NCBI GenBank assembly: GCA_965237805.1
Contig: OZ250153.1
Span: 576,001-640,000 of the forward strand
Reading direction: 5' to 3'
DNA: 64,000 bases
DNA from: Gammaproteobacteria bacterium
GTDB taxonomy: Bacteria; Pseudomonadota; Gammaproteobacteria; JABABF01
This document shows positions 1 through 10,057 of the stretch, in pieces (position 1 is the stretch's first letter; each line of letters opens with the position of its first letter). Below the pieces are notes generated by a model. It was not told the origin of the DNA. It saw nothing but the letters and a program-made list of their open reading frames with translations, and made no database searches. A program made the position numbers and the translations under genes.

Positions 1-1
1 C

Positions 2-745
2 CGCCTGCAACAGCTGCCCGGGCAACCCTAGCTGACGTGACAGCTGAACCAAGGCTCGCAGGTCCTTAGGCAAGCAGGCACCACCAAAGCCGCGAATATT
101 TTCGTTGCAATCCAGATAGCTGTCGTCGATGTGGTCGCGCTGAACAACCGCTGCCTTGACCGTTGCATAGTCGACATCCAGCTGCTGGCACAGTTCGTAG
201 AAATGGTTGGCAAAAGTAACCCGTAGCGCGTTGTAGGCATTGTTGAAGTACTTGACCAACTCGGCCGCCGTTGGAGAAACTTGGGAGAAACGGCGCGGAT
301 AATGGCCGTGGGCGGTCTTGATCAAATCAAATATCTTGGCATCCTCGGTGCCGATCACACAGATGTCATGTTGCTCGCAAAAATCGCTGGCCGCGTACCG
401 CTCGCGCAAAAATTCCGGCACGAAGCACAGTTTGAGCCGAGGATGGCGGCTACGCAATTTTTCAGTGGTGCCGGGCTCAACGGTGGATTTGATCGCCACC
501 ACGCCACCGTAACCCAACTCGTCGAGTCCGCGCACCACCTCTTCGACAATGGTGGTGTCGCAACGCCCATCTTCCAACGATGCCGTGGGGACGCAGAGAA
601 AACTGATGTCGGTATCAAGCACTTGAGCCAGCTCGGTCCCCAAGGTGATGTCATGTACTGAGATCTGGTGCCCCAACTTGGCACAGCCGTGCTCAATAGC
701 GCTTCCGACCACCCCGCAGCCGACGATTCCTATATGCAATGACAT
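2..745 (-). CDS. UDP-glucose/GDP-mannose dehydrogenase family protein (3' end runs off window)
   Basis: Not in the ORF track. Manual translation from ATG 745 gives MSLHIGIVGCGVVG (Rossmann GxGxxG), CVPT, IKSTVEPGTT, PEFLRE, AELVKYFNNAYNATRVTFAN and GFGGACLPKD, all hallmark motifs. TATAAT lies at 778-773 upstream. Confidence 0.9.
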   Translation of the reverse strand, partial: MSLHIGIVGCGVVGSAIEHGCAKLGHQISVHDITLGTELAQVLDTDISFLCVPTASLEDGRCDTTIVEEVVRGLDELGYGGVVAIKSTVEPGTTEKLRSRHPRLKLCFVPEFLRERYAASDFCEQHDICVIGTEDAKIFDLIKTAHGHYPRRFSQVSPTAAELVKYFNNAYNALRVTFANHFYELCQQLDVDYATVKAAVVQRDHIDDSYLDCNENIRGFGGACLPKDLRALVQLSRQLGLPGQLLQA

Positions 746-853
746 CGCTAATCCATACTGCTCGGTGGCGGCATTATAGAACCCTCCCCCCTCGTGTCCT
801 AGCGACACGCCAAAGCAAAGCGGCCAAACATATCGTGTAGAATCCTTTGGCAA

Positions 854-1549
854 ATGATCATGCCAAAGAAAATGGATAGCACAGCTGCCCCCACATCGAG
901 CCAACATAGAGAGATGATTTCCCGCTGGCAGGCGCTGGTCACCCTCTTGTCGATCGAATCGCTGGTGCTGATGGTGGTGATCATGCTCACTGAAGAGAGC
1001 GAGATCCACACCCTGCTGATCTACTTTGATGTCCTGATGTGCGTGGTATTGTTGGCGGATTTCTGTACCCGTTTCAGCCACGCCAAAGGCAGGAGAATGG
1101 ACTTTCTCATCCGCGATAAAGGCATCCTCGATCTGATCGGTAGCCTGCCCTTGGCCGAGGAATTGCACTGGGCGCGCATCGCCCGACTGTGGCGTATCGC
1201 ACGCCTCATCAGCGCGATCGGATCGCTGAGCGACCTCGCCAGCCACATGCGCCGCCAACCGCTGGAACTGGCTTTTGTCACCACTCTGGCCGTCATCATC
1301 AACCTGAGCGTCATCGGTAGCATCTTGGTGCTTTACTGGGAGAGTGCCGCCCCCAACGGCAACATCACCACCGCCGAAACCACACTGTGGTGGGCAATAC
1401 AAACTGTCTCTACCGTCGGCTACGGAGACTACTATCCCGTCACAGCTGGCGGACGCGTTGTCGCAGCCCTGCTCATGTTGAGCGGGGTCGGCCTGTTCGG
1501 CACCCTCACCGCTTGGGCAGCCACGCCGCTGTTGCGGCGCGACAACTGA
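854..1549 (+). CDS. Voltage-gated-type potassium channel (ion transport protein)
   Basis: TVSTVGYGD selectivity filter, Arg-spaced S4-like segment RIARLWRIAR, and several hydrophobic helices. Confidence 0.9.
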   Translation: MIMPKKMDSTAAPTSSQHREMISRWQALVTLLSIESLVLMVVIMLTEESEIHTLLIYFDVLMCVVLLADFCTRFSHAKGRRMDFLIRDKGILDLIGSLPLAEELHWARIARLWRIARLISAIGSLSDLASHMRRQPLELAFVTTLAVIINLSVIGSILVLYWESAAPNGNITTAETTLWWAIQTVSTVGYGDYYPVTAGGRVVAALLMLSGVGLFGTLTAWAATPLLRRDN

Positions 1550-1637
1550 AGCAAGCCCCTCACTTGGGCCGCCTTGCTTGTCAGCGCAAGGCAAGGCATG
1601 ATAGTGTTCGTCCGCTTCATGGATGAAGGAGGGTCGG

Positions 1638-2099
1638 ATGATGGCAAGGATTGCCCAGCGAGGCTTCAGCCTCGTCGAACTGATGATCGTGCTCGCCATC
1701 GTCGGCATCTTGGCCGCGATCGCCGTGCCCCAGTACCAGCTGTACACGCAACGCAGCCGCGTCAGTGCCAGCCTCGCTGCAGCGCGACCGTTGCAGTTGG
1801 CGGTCGCCGAGTACGCCGCCGATAAGGGTGAACTGCCGCCCTCGTCAGCGGCACTGGCCGACTACGGTGCCGAACTCAACGGCACAGCCTATGCCTCCGG
1901 ACTGGTCGCCGCCGTCGAGTATTCCGCCGCCGACAGCAGTGCTGCCATCACCATCCGCTACCAGAGCGACACGGCGACACCGGCCGCCATACGCGGGCAC
2001 AGCTTGGTCATCGCCCCGACGCTGGGCAGTGTCGGCCAGCTGCGCTTCACAATTAGCGGTACCAGCAGCCTGCCTGCCAAATTGCGCCCCAGGCTGTGA
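1638..2099 (+). CDS. pilA: Type IV major pilin
   Basis: Class III signal QRG|FSLVELMIVLAIVGILAAIAVPQY. SD AGGAGG at 1627-1632; start is 1638 or 1641. Confidence 0.9.
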   Translation: MMARIAQRGFSLVELMIVLAIVGILAAIAVPQYQLYTQRSRVSASLAAARPLQLAVAEYAADKGELPPSSAALADYGAELNGTAYASGLVAAVEYSAADSSAAITIRYQSDTATPAAIRGHSLVIAPTLGSVGQLRFTISGTSSLPAKLRPRL

Positions 2100-3409
2100 A
2101 TCGCCTCCTCACCCCGACCACAGCGTTGCCTACAACCATTGCCACACCGCCGCCACAGCAGCATTTGACCGCAGCCAATAGCCCCCAGCCAGCCACCAGT
2201 ACTTCACGGCGCTACCACTGGCGCGGCCACCTGCGCGGCGCACCACATCGGCACCGGCGCGGCACGGTCACCGCCACTGATGTCGAAACCGCAGGCCTGC
2301 AGCTCTACCGTCAAGGGGTGGTCGCCACCCGTGTGCGTCCCCCATCCCGTTTTCACTGGCTGTACGCCACCCGCGTCACCGATGACGATATGACAGCGCT
2401 GCTCAAACAGCTGGCGGCAACCACAGGCGGCGGCGTTCCCCTGCTGGAGGGGCTGGCGACGCTGCTCGAGGCAGCGGATCAACCCGCACTGGAGCAGCTA
2501 TTGCGCGATGCACTCGCGGAGTTGACCGCTGGCGGCGCTCTGGCAACAGCGCTGGCACGTCCGCCGGGACAACTCGATGCGCCGAGCGTGGCTTTGATCG
2601 CCGCTGGCGAGCGCAGCGGTGCACTGGCAGCCATGCTGCGCTATGCCAGCGCTCAACGCGATGGCGCACGCCGGTTACAGTATCAGCTGCGGCGAGCGCT
2701 CAGCTACCCGCTGGCCTTGCTCGGGGTGGCGCTCGCCGTCACCGCACTGCTACTGCTGGAAGTGGTGCCACGCTTCGTTGCCATTTACGGAGACTTCGAT
2801 GCCGCACTGCCGCCAGCCACCAGCGCGGTCATCGCCGCCTCAGCGTGGCTCAGCAGCCACTTCTGGCAGCTGCTGCTGGGCGTGCCGGTCACCGTCGTCG
2901 CCAGCCAGCTGCTGTGCCGACACTACCCGCCGCTACGCCATCGCTGGCAACGCTGGCAGCTGAGGCTGCCGCTGTGGGGATCGATGCTGCGCATGGCCGC
3001 AGCAGCCCGCTTCTGCCGCATCGTGGCCGCCGCACTGGGTGGCGGTGCCAGCTTGTCACAAGCATTGGCAGTGGCCGAGCAGGGTTGCGGTCACGGAACT
3101 ATCAACGCGGGTGTCAAACAGCTGAGGCTGCGGGTCGAGGACGGTGCCACACTGGCAGTGGCTCTGCGCGAGGTGGCATTGTTCCCGCAGCTGCTACCGC
3201 GGATGGCCGCCGCCGGCGAGCGGTCGGGGCAGCTGGATGCCATGCTTGGACAGGCGGCGGACTGGTGCGAAGAGGAAACGACGGCGGCGGCGCAGCGTTT
3301 GACGGCGCTTGCCGAACCGCTGATGATTGTAGTGCTGGGAGCGCTGATCGGAGGCCTGATTCTCGCGCTGTACCTGCCGGTATTTCAATTGGGACAGCAC
3401 ATCATCTGA
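2096..3409 (+). CDS. pilC: Type IV pilus platform protein (GspF/PilC family)
   Basis: Two AGE(R)SG.L repeats, ALSYP, EP..IV.LG...LYLPVFQLG. Lies between pilA and pilD; start uncertain (GTG 2096 or TTG 2165). Confidence 0.9.
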   Translation: MNRLLTPTTALPTTIATPPPQQHLTAANSPQPATSTSRRYHWRGHLRGAPHRHRRGTVTATDVETAGLQLYRQGVVATRVRPPSRFHWLYATRVTDDDMTALLKQLAATTGGGVPLLEGLATLLEAADQPALEQLLRDALAELTAGGALATALARPPGQLDAPSVALIAAGERSGALAAMLRYASAQRDGARRLQYQLRRALSYPLALLGVALAVTALLLLEVVPRFVAIYGDFDAALPPATSAVIAASAWLSSHFWQLLLGVPVTVVASQLLCRHYPPLRHRWQRWQLRLPLWGSMLRMAAAARFCRIVAAALGGGASLSQALAVAEQGCGHGTINAGVKQLRLRVEDGATLAVALREVALFPQLLPRMAAAGERSGQLDAMLGQAADWCEEETTAAAQRLTALAEPLMIVVLGALIGGLILALYLPVFQLGQHII

Positions 3410-3430
3410 GCGTCGGGCGGGCGCAGCACT

Positions 3431-4303
3431 ATGGCAACACCAATCCTCGCCCTGCTGGCCGTTGGCCTCGGCCTCTTGCTGGCTGTGCCGATGACTATGC
3501 TGGTCTGGCGCCTGCCGCGCTTGCTGGAACGGGAGTGGGAATGCGAGCGCATCGCCATGCTGCAGCCAGAGGACGCACAGCTGCCACCGCCGCTGTCCTT
3601 TCGCCTGCTCAGGCCCGGCCCGCACTGCGATAGCTGCCATGCCCCGCTGCGGGCGATGGAACTCATCCCGCTGCTGAGCTACCTGCGCCAGCGCGGTGCC
3701 TGCAGGCACTGCGGGGCACGGTTGCGGCGCAATGAACCGTTGATGGAGCTCAGCGTGGCGCTGCTATTTGCTACCACCGCTTGGCACATAGGCAACTCGA
3801 CTTTGCCGCTGGGCTACGCCCTGCCCGCCGCACTCTTGTTCAGCTGGATGTTGCTGGCCATGGCCTGCATCGACTGGGAGCACCAGATTCTGCCAGATGA
3901 AATGACCCTCAGTCTGATGGTGATCGGGCTACTGGTCAACAGCTTCGGTAACGGCTTATTCGCCACGACGCAATCTGCGATCATCGGTGCCGCCGCTGGC
4001 TATCTCAGTCTGTGGCTGTGCTTCCAAGCTTTTTTGCTCATCAGCGGCAAGGAGGGGATGGGCTACGGCGATTTCAAGCTGCTGGCCGCCATCGGCGCTT
4101 GGCTGGGCTGGGAGGCACTATCCTTTGTCGTGCTGGCAGCGGCAGTCAGCGGCACCGCCGTCGGTATCTCACTGTTGCTGAGCCGACGGCTGACACGCGA
4201 CACACCCATCTCTTTTGGCCCCTATCTGGCTGCGGCTGGATGGGCCTATTTGCTATGGGGGCAACAGGCGCAGGATCTCGCTACCTACTGGTCGCCACCA
4301 TGA
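3431..4303 (+). CDS. pilD: Prepilin peptidase/N-methyltransferase
   Basis: Two CxxC pairs, IDWEHQILPD, GMGYGDFKL, FGPYLA. Confidence 0.95.
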   Translation: MATPILALLAVGLGLLLAVPMTMLVWRLPRLLEREWECERIAMLQPEDAQLPPPLSFRLLRPGPHCDSCHAPLRAMELIPLLSYLRQRGACRHCGARLRRNEPLMELSVALLFATTAWHIGNSTLPLGYALPAALLFSWMLLAMACIDWEHQILPDEMTLSLMVIGLLVNSFGNGLFATTQSAIIGAAAGYLSLWLCFQAFLLISGKEGMGYGDFKLLAAIGAWLGWEALSFVVLAAAVSGTAVGISLLLSRRLTRDTPISFGPYLAAAGWAYLLWGQQAQDLATYWSPP

Positions 4304-4911
4304 AGCTGTTCACCGTCGGTCTCACAGGCGGTATCGGTAGCGGCAAAAGTACCGTAGCCGAACGCTTTGCCGCCCTCGGTGTCGCAGTGGTCGACAGCGA
4401 TGTGGCGGCGTACGATGTGGTGGTGCCGGGGTCCCCGGCACTGCGGCAATTGGCCGAGCATTTCGGCAACGAGCTGGTACGCGAGGACGGGACGTTGGAT
4501 CGCCCGCAGCTGCGGGCGCGTGTTTTCGCCGAAGCGAGCGAGCGGCGTTGGCTGGAGCAATTGCTACACCCTCTGATCCGCGAGCGCTGCCAACAGCAGC
4601 TCGATGCCGTGCGTGGCCCCTACGCACTGTTCGTCGTGCCCTTGCTAGTGGAAGCCGAGAGTGCGCTGGCAGTGGATCGAGTGCTGGTCGTCGATCTACC
4701 CGAGGAGGAGCAATTGCGTCGCGCCATGCAACGGGATCGAGCCGACGCCAACTCGGTGCGAGCGATCATGGCGAGCCAAGCCAGCCGCGCACAGCGGTGC
4801 GAGCGAGCCGACGATCTGGTCGACAACAGCGGCCCACCAGAAGCACTAGTAGCTGCTGTCGAGGCACTACACCAACGCTATCTGCTACTGGCTGCCGAAG
4901 CGGCGCGATAG
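4300..4911 (+). CDS. coaE: Dephospho-CoA kinase
   Basis: VGLTGGIGSGKS P-loop, LDR..LR..VF, HPLI. ATGA overlap with pilD. Confidence 0.95.
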   Translation: MKLFTVGLTGGIGSGKSTVAERFAALGVAVVDSDVAAYDVVVPGSPALRQLAEHFGNELVREDGTLDRPQLRARVFAEASERRWLEQLLHPLIRERCQQQLDAVRGPYALFVVPLLVEAESALAVDRVLVVDLPEEEQLRRAMQRDRADANSVRAIMASQASRAQRCERADDLVDNSGPPEALVAAVEALHQRYLLLAAEAAR

Positions 4912-4947
4912 GCAGCTGCCACCAGCTTGAGGCACACCGCCCCAAGC

Positions 4948-6141
4948 TCAGCTGCGGTATTCGGAATTGATCCGCAGGTACTCCGGCGACAGATCAGAAC
5001 CCCACACCATCGCCTCGGCCTCACCGCGCCCCAAGTCGATGTCCACCTGCACTTCATCGGCAGAGAATGCGCGCTTGCCATGCGCTTCCGAGTAACTTGG
5101 GGCGCGCTTGCCGCCGATCACTACCGGCTCGCCAGCAAGTAACACCCGCACCTTTGCAACATCTAAATCCGAGAGTCCGGCCCGGCCGATGGCGGCCAAA
5201 AGCCGTCCCCAATTCGGGTCGGCAGCATGCAGCGCCGTCTTGAACAGAGGCGAACCAGCAACGGCAAAACCGACCGTGCGACATTCTGCGCGATCCACCC
5301 CACCGCGCACGCAGATGGCAGCGATTCGCTCCGCCCCCTCGCCATCGCGCACGATTTGTCGGGCGAGCTTAGTGCAGACTTCTGATAGCACTTCCTGTAA
5401 CAGCTCGACTGGCGGTGTCGGAGCGGTGCCAGTAGCCGCAAAGACGCAGGCGTCATTGGTCGAGGTGTCGCCGTCCACGGTGATGCAGTGAAAACTCTGA
5501 TCCAGCGCCTTGCGCAATAGCTCGTCGAGCTGCTCGCAGGACACGGCAGCGTCGGTGGCGACCAGCGCCAACATGGTCGCCATATCCGGATGGATCATGC
5601 CAGCTCCCTTGGCCAAGCCCGAGACGCGAAAGCGGCCGCCGGGCCAAGTGCGCTCGCAGCCAGCCAACTTGGGACCGTTATCGGTAGTCATAACGGCTCG
5701 CGCCGCCGCTTCCCAATGATCTGCCGCCAAATCTGCCAAGGCCACATCCAAGGAGCCGACCACCTTGGCCACTGGCAAGGGCTCGCCGATCACCCCGGTC
5801 GAGAAAGGCAATACTGCGCGCTCGTCCACCCCGACGCGCTGCGCCAATTGGCGGCAGCACTCACGGGCGTCCATCACGCCCTCAGCGCCGAGGCCAGCGT
5901 TGGCATTGGCACTGTTGTAGAGCAGATAACGCGGTGCTGTATCGCTGGCCAAATGCTCACGCGCCACTTGCACCGGTGCCGCTGCGAAGGCATTGCGGGT
6001 GAATGCAGCCGCCAACGCGACTCGGGGTGGCAAACACACCACGACGATGTCATCGTTGCGTGTACGAAGGCGCAGGCCAGCGCTCGCAGTGCCGATCTCA
6101 ATACCGGCAACCGGTGCCGCCCGACCCACTTCAACGGCCAT
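4948..6141 (-). CDS. argJ: Glutamate N-acetyltransferase/amino-acid acetyltransferase
   Basis: STGVIG, MTTD, KGAGMIHPDMATML, DGDTSTND, RDGEGA, INSEYRS. Follows secA. Confidence 0.95.
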   Translation of the reverse strand: MAVEVGRAAPVAGIEIGTASAGLRLRTRNDDIVVVCLPPRVALAAAFTRNAFAAAPVQVAREHLASDTAPRYLLYNSANANAGLGAEGVMDARECCRQLAQRVGVDERAVLPFSTGVIGEPLPVAKVVGSLDVALADLAADHWEAAARAVMTTDNGPKLAGCERTWPGGRFRVSGLAKGAGMIHPDMATMLALVATDAAVSCEQLDELLRKALDQSFHCITVDGDTSTNDACVFAATGTAPTPPVELLQEVLSEVCTKLARQIVRDGEGAERIAAICVRGGVDRAECRTVGFAVAGSPLFKTALHAADPNWGRLLAAIGRAGLSDLDVAKVRVLLAGEPVVIGGKRAPSYSEAHGKRAFSADEVQVDIDLGRGEAEAMVWGSDLSPEYLRINSEYRS

Positions 6142-8878
6142 GGCAATGCTTGTATTTACGGTTGGAGCCACAGGGGCAAGGCGCGTTGCGCCCGACCTTG
6201 CCCAACTCGCGCCGCACGGGGACAGTCACCGGCGGAGAGATCGGCGCAGTCTCCCGTACGTCGACAGCAGGCTGGCGCGGCGACTGCAGCGCGACGGGCG
6301 GCGCGCTGTCGGAGCTAACACGCAGGTGCTGCAGTTTGCGCTGGTATTTGCGCTGCTGGCGTTCCTCGACTTCATCGGCGCTCTCGCCGCTTTGATCGAG
6401 GGGCAAATGCAGTAGCGCGTTCACCAAACGGAGTTTGACCTGCCACAGCGTTTCTTGGAACAGCAGAAAGGCCTCGCGTTTGTATTCCTCCTTGGGGTTG
6501 CGCTGGGCATAGGCGCGAAAATGGATGCCTTGGCGCAGGTGATCCATCGATACCAAGTGCTGCTTCCAACACATATCCAACACCTGCAACATCAGTAGCT
6601 GCTCCAGCCGCCGAAACTCCTCGCGACCGATCTGTTGCTCGCGCTCGCGCCAAGTGTTCGCCCAAGCTTCGCCGACGCGTTCGCGCAACGTTTCCTCGTA
6701 CAGCTCATCGTCCTCCTCCAGCCAATGCGCCAAGGCCAAGTTCAGGTTCAATTCTGCCGCCAGCGCCCGCTCGAGACCCGGGATATCCCATTGCTCGGCC
6801 AGCGAGCCTGGCGGTAGGTGCTCGTCGATCGTGCGCTCGAGCACCTCATGTGAAATCTCAACCACCGCCTCGGAGATGTCGTCGGTGCGCAACAGCATAT
6901 CGCGCTGGCCGTAGACCACCTTGCGCTGGGTGTCGGCAATATCATCGTACTCTAAGAGCTGTTTGCGGATATCAAAATTGTGGCTTTCAACGCGGCGCTG
7001 GGCTTGGCGGATGGCGCGTGTCACCATGCCGTGCTCGATCGCATCGCCACGCTCCAAGCCCAAATTGGACATGAAGCTCTTGACTCGGTCGCTGAGGAAG
7101 ATGCGCATCAGATCGTCGTCGAGCGACAGATAAAAGCGCGATAGGCCGGGGTCTCCTTGGCGTCCGGCGCGCCCACGCAACTGGTTGTCCACGCGCCGCG
7201 ACTCGTGACGACCAGTGCCGAGCACATGCAGGCCGCCAGCTTCGATGACACGCTGGTGACGCTGCTCCCACGCCTCTCGCAATGAAGCCTGCAATGCCAG
7301 ATCGCCAGCCCGCTCTTCCGGTAGGGCGGCGAGCTCCGCCTCGAAGCTACCGCCGAGCACGATGTCGGTGCCGCGGCCAGCCATATTAGTGGCGATGGTC
7401 ACCGTCCCCGGTCGCCCCGCCTGGGCGATGACCTCGGCCTCGCGCTGGTGTTGCTTGGCATTGAGGACATTGTGGGCGACACCCTCATCCGTGAGCAGCT
7501 GAGAGATACGCTCAGAATTGTCGATCGAGGTGGTGCCGACCAGCGCGGGAGCCCCCCGATCGACCAGCTGGCGGATGTCGGCAACCAACGCCTCGTGCTT
7601 TTCCTCCTCAGTGAGATAAACCAAATCGTCTTCGTCGACGCGCCGTACGGTCTGATTGGTCGGCACCACCACCACTTCCAAACCGTAGATCTGGTGGAAT
7701 TCAGCCGCCTCGGTATCGGCGGTACCGGTCATGCCAGCCAATGTGCCGTAGAGACGGAAATAGTTCTGGTAAGTGGTCGATGCCAGCGTCTGATTCTCGC
7801 TCTGAATCACGAGACTCTCCTTGGCCTCCAGTGCCTGATGCAGACCGTCGGACAGACGCCGACCGAGCATTTTGCGACCAGTGTGCTCGTCGATCAACAC
7901 GATTTGGCGATCTTGCACGATGTACTCGACATCGCGGCGATAGAGTGTGTGGGCTCGCAGTGCCGCGAGCACATGGTGTAGCAGCACCAGATTGGCAGCG
8001 GCGTAGAGGCTGGCACGGGGCTCCAGCAAAGCCTCTCGCTCCAGCCAATCTTCAACGAACTCGTGCCCCTCCTCACTCAATTCGACTTGGCGCTGCTTTT
8101 CGTCAAGCGTGAAATAGTGATCGCGGCCATTGGGTACGATCAGTGGCATTAACTGCTGGATGCGGCGGTACAGCTCAGAACTCTGCTCGGTGGCACCAGA
8201 GATAACCAACGGCGTGCGCGCCTCGTCGATCAGGATGGAATCCACCTCGTCGACGATGGCAAAATCCAAGCCGCGCTGCACTTGTTCCGCAAGCGAAAAG
8301 CCCATGTTGTCGCGCAGATAATCGAAACCAAATTCATGATTCGTGCCATAGCAGATATCCGCGGAGTAGGCCTCGCGCTTGCGCACCGCATCACCGCCGC
8401 TCAGCACAACATCGACGCTTAAGCCAAGAATTTCGTACAGCGGCCCCATCCAACGGGCATCGCGCTCTGCCAAGTAGTCATTGACCGTCACCAAATGCAC
8501 ACCGCCACCGGCCAGTGCGTTGAGGCACAGTGGCAATGTGGCAACCAAGGTCTTGCCTTCTCCGGTCGCCATCTCGGCGATATTGCCATCGTGCAACACG
8601 ATGCCACCCAGCAATTGCACATCAAAATGACGCAGGCCAATGGTGCGGCGGCCAGCCTCGCGCACCAAGGCGAAAGTCTCGGGCAACAGCACATCTAGCG
8701 CCTCGCCACCCTCGGTCCCACGACGGCGCAAAACAGCGCAACGCTCGCGTAGCACCACATCGCTCTGGGAGCGCAACTCCTCTTCCATCGCATTGATCTG
8801 GGCGACCACACGACCGTGGCGGCGCAGAATACGGTGGTTGCGACTAGCGACTAGACGGCGTAACAGGCGCAGGGGCAT
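6131..8878 (-). CDS. secA: Preprotein translocase ATPase
   Basis: EMATGEGKT, DEVDSILIDEARTPL, ATNMAGRGTDI, and the C-terminal CPCGS..KYKHCH zinc motif. Confidence 0.98.
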   Translation of the reverse strand: MPLRLLRRLVASRNHRILRRHGRVVAQINAMEEELRSQSDVVLRERCAVLRRRGTEGGEALDVLLPETFALVREAGRRTIGLRHFDVQLLGGIVLHDGNIAEMATGEGKTLVATLPLCLNALAGGGVHLVTVNDYLAERDARWMGPLYEILGLSVDVVLSGGDAVRKREAYSADICYGTNHEFGFDYLRDNMGFSLAEQVQRGLDFAIVDEVDSILIDEARTPLVISGATEQSSELYRRIQQLMPLIVPNGRDHYFTLDEKQRQVELSEEGHEFVEDWLEREALLEPRASLYAAANLVLLHHVLAALRAHTLYRRDVEYIVQDRQIVLIDEHTGRKMLGRRLSDGLHQALEAKESLVIQSENQTLASTTYQNYFRLYGTLAGMTGTADTEAAEFHQIYGLEVVVVPTNQTVRRVDEDDLVYLTEEEKHEALVADIRQLVDRGAPALVGTTSIDNSERISQLLTDEGVAHNVLNAKQHQREAEVIAQAGRPGTVTIATNMAGRGTDIVLGGSFEAELAALPEERAGDLALQASLREAWEQRHQRVIEAGGLHVLGTGRHESRRVDNQLRGRAGRQGDPGLSRFYLSLDDDLMRIFLSDRVKSFMSNLGLERGDAIEHGMVTRAIRQAQRRVESHNFDIRKQLLEYDDIADTQRKVVYGQRDMLLRTDDISEAVVEISHEVLERTIDEHLPPGSLAEQWDIPGLERALAAELNLNLALAHWLEEDDELYEETLRERVGEAWANTWREREQQIGREEFRRLEQLLMLQVLDMCWKQHLVSMDHLRQGIHFRAYAQRNPKEEYKREAFLLFQETLWQVKLRLVNALLHLPLDQSGESADEVEERQQRKYQRKLQHLRVSSDSAPPVALQSPRQPAVDVRETAPISPPVTVPVRRELGKVGRNAPCPCGSNRKYKHCHGR

Positions 8879-8906
8879 CGGCTAGCGGTCTTCTTGCAAA
8901 AATGGA

Positions 8907-9866
8907 TCAATGACTGAGCAAGCGCTCCCGGTTATAGACCACGGGCATATCGACACGGCGATCAAAACTGACAATTTCCCACGCATCGGGGTTCTGCAAT
9001 AGCTCGCGCAACAAACGATTGTTCAACTCGTGCCCAGACTTGTGGGCGCGGAAACCGCCGATCAAGCCCTTACCCAACAGATAGAGATCGCCGATCGCGT
9101 CGAGCATCTTGTGCATGACAAATTCGTCTTTGAAGCGCAGACCTCCCTCATTGACGATGCGGGAATCGTTGACGACGATGGCGTTGTCCATGCTGCCGCC
9201 TTGAATCAGACCATTGGAGCGCAACTGCTCGAATTCGTACATGAAACCGAAAGTGCGCGCACGACAGACCTCGCGCACAAAGACCGTGGTCGAGAACTCG
9301 AGTTCGCGATGCGCTACGCTCGCGCGCAACACCGGGTGATCAAAATCAATACTGAACGAGACATTAAAACCGCAGTGTGGGAAAAAGGCAGCGCTTTTCT
9401 CGCCGTCGCGCACCTCTAGCGGCTTGAGGATGCGGACGAACTGCTTGCGCGCCTGCTGTTGCTGAAAGCCAGCCGATTGCAACAGAAAGACAAAAGTGCC
9501 AGCGCTGCCATCCATGATCGGCACTTCTGGGCAATCGACATCGATATAGGCATTGTCGACACCGAGGCCAGCCAGTGCCGACAAGAGATGCTCTACCGTG
9601 GCGATGCGGGCATCGCCCTGCCCCAAGGAAGTCGACAAAGTGGTACTGCAGACTTGGGAGACGAGCGCCGGTATCTCGACTGGCGGATCCAAGTCCACGC
9701 GTCGGAATACGATGCCAGTGTTGGGCGGTGCCGGGCTCATGCACAGGGAGACACCCTTACCGCTGTGCAACCCCACTCCTCTGGCGCTGATCTTGTTGGC
9801 CAAGGTGTACTGGCTGACAGCCACCGCGTCCAACGGTGCCAGCGATTGCGACGATGGCTCCAGCAT
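8907..9866 (-). CDS. lpxC: UDP-3-O-acyl-N-acetylglucosamine deacetylase
   Basis: [39 protein letters not shown]. Confidence 0.97.
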   Translation of the reverse strand: MLEPSSQSLAPLDAVAVSQYTLANKISARGVGLHSGKGVSLCMSPAPPNTGIVFRRVDLDPPVEIPALVSQVCSTTLSTSLGQGDARIATVEHLLSALAGLGVDNAYIDVDCPEVPIMDGSAGTFVFLLQSAGFQQQQARKQFVRILKPLEVRDGEKSAAFFPHCGFNVSFSIDFDHPVLRASVAHRELEFSTTVFVREVCRARTFGFMYEFEQLRSNGLIQGGSMDNAIVVNDSRIVNEGGLRFKDEFVMHKMLDAIGDLYLLGKGLIGGFRAHKSGHELNNRLLRELLQNPDAWEIVSFDRRVDMPVVYNRERLLSH

Positions 9867-9998
9867 CAATCAATCCTAGCAATCCGGACGGCGCACACAT
9901 AACTGCACATCACAACATCGTACCCGCCCGCGCTCCGATCTGCAAGTCGCCTCGTGTGTGCAGGCTCACCCGGCCGCGATCACCGCGCTGCAGCGCGG

Positions 9999-10057
9999 TC
10001 AATTGGCTTGCTTGCGCAAGAAAGTGAGTGTGCTCAATCGGCCTGTTGGCGCAAGAA
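9999..10057 (-). repeat. Diverged tandem duplication (35-nt period) of the ftsZ 3' end
   Basis: In-gene copy TTCTTGCGCCAACAGGCCGATTGA (FLRQQAD*, 10057-10034) and downstream copy TTCTTGCGCAAGCAAGCCAATTGA (FLRKQAN*, 10022-9999). Confidence 0.85.

Noticed and set aside
281-661. 126-aa + strand ORF
   Set aside because: It is the antisense shadow of the - strand UDP-glucose dehydrogenase, which carries all the family motifs.
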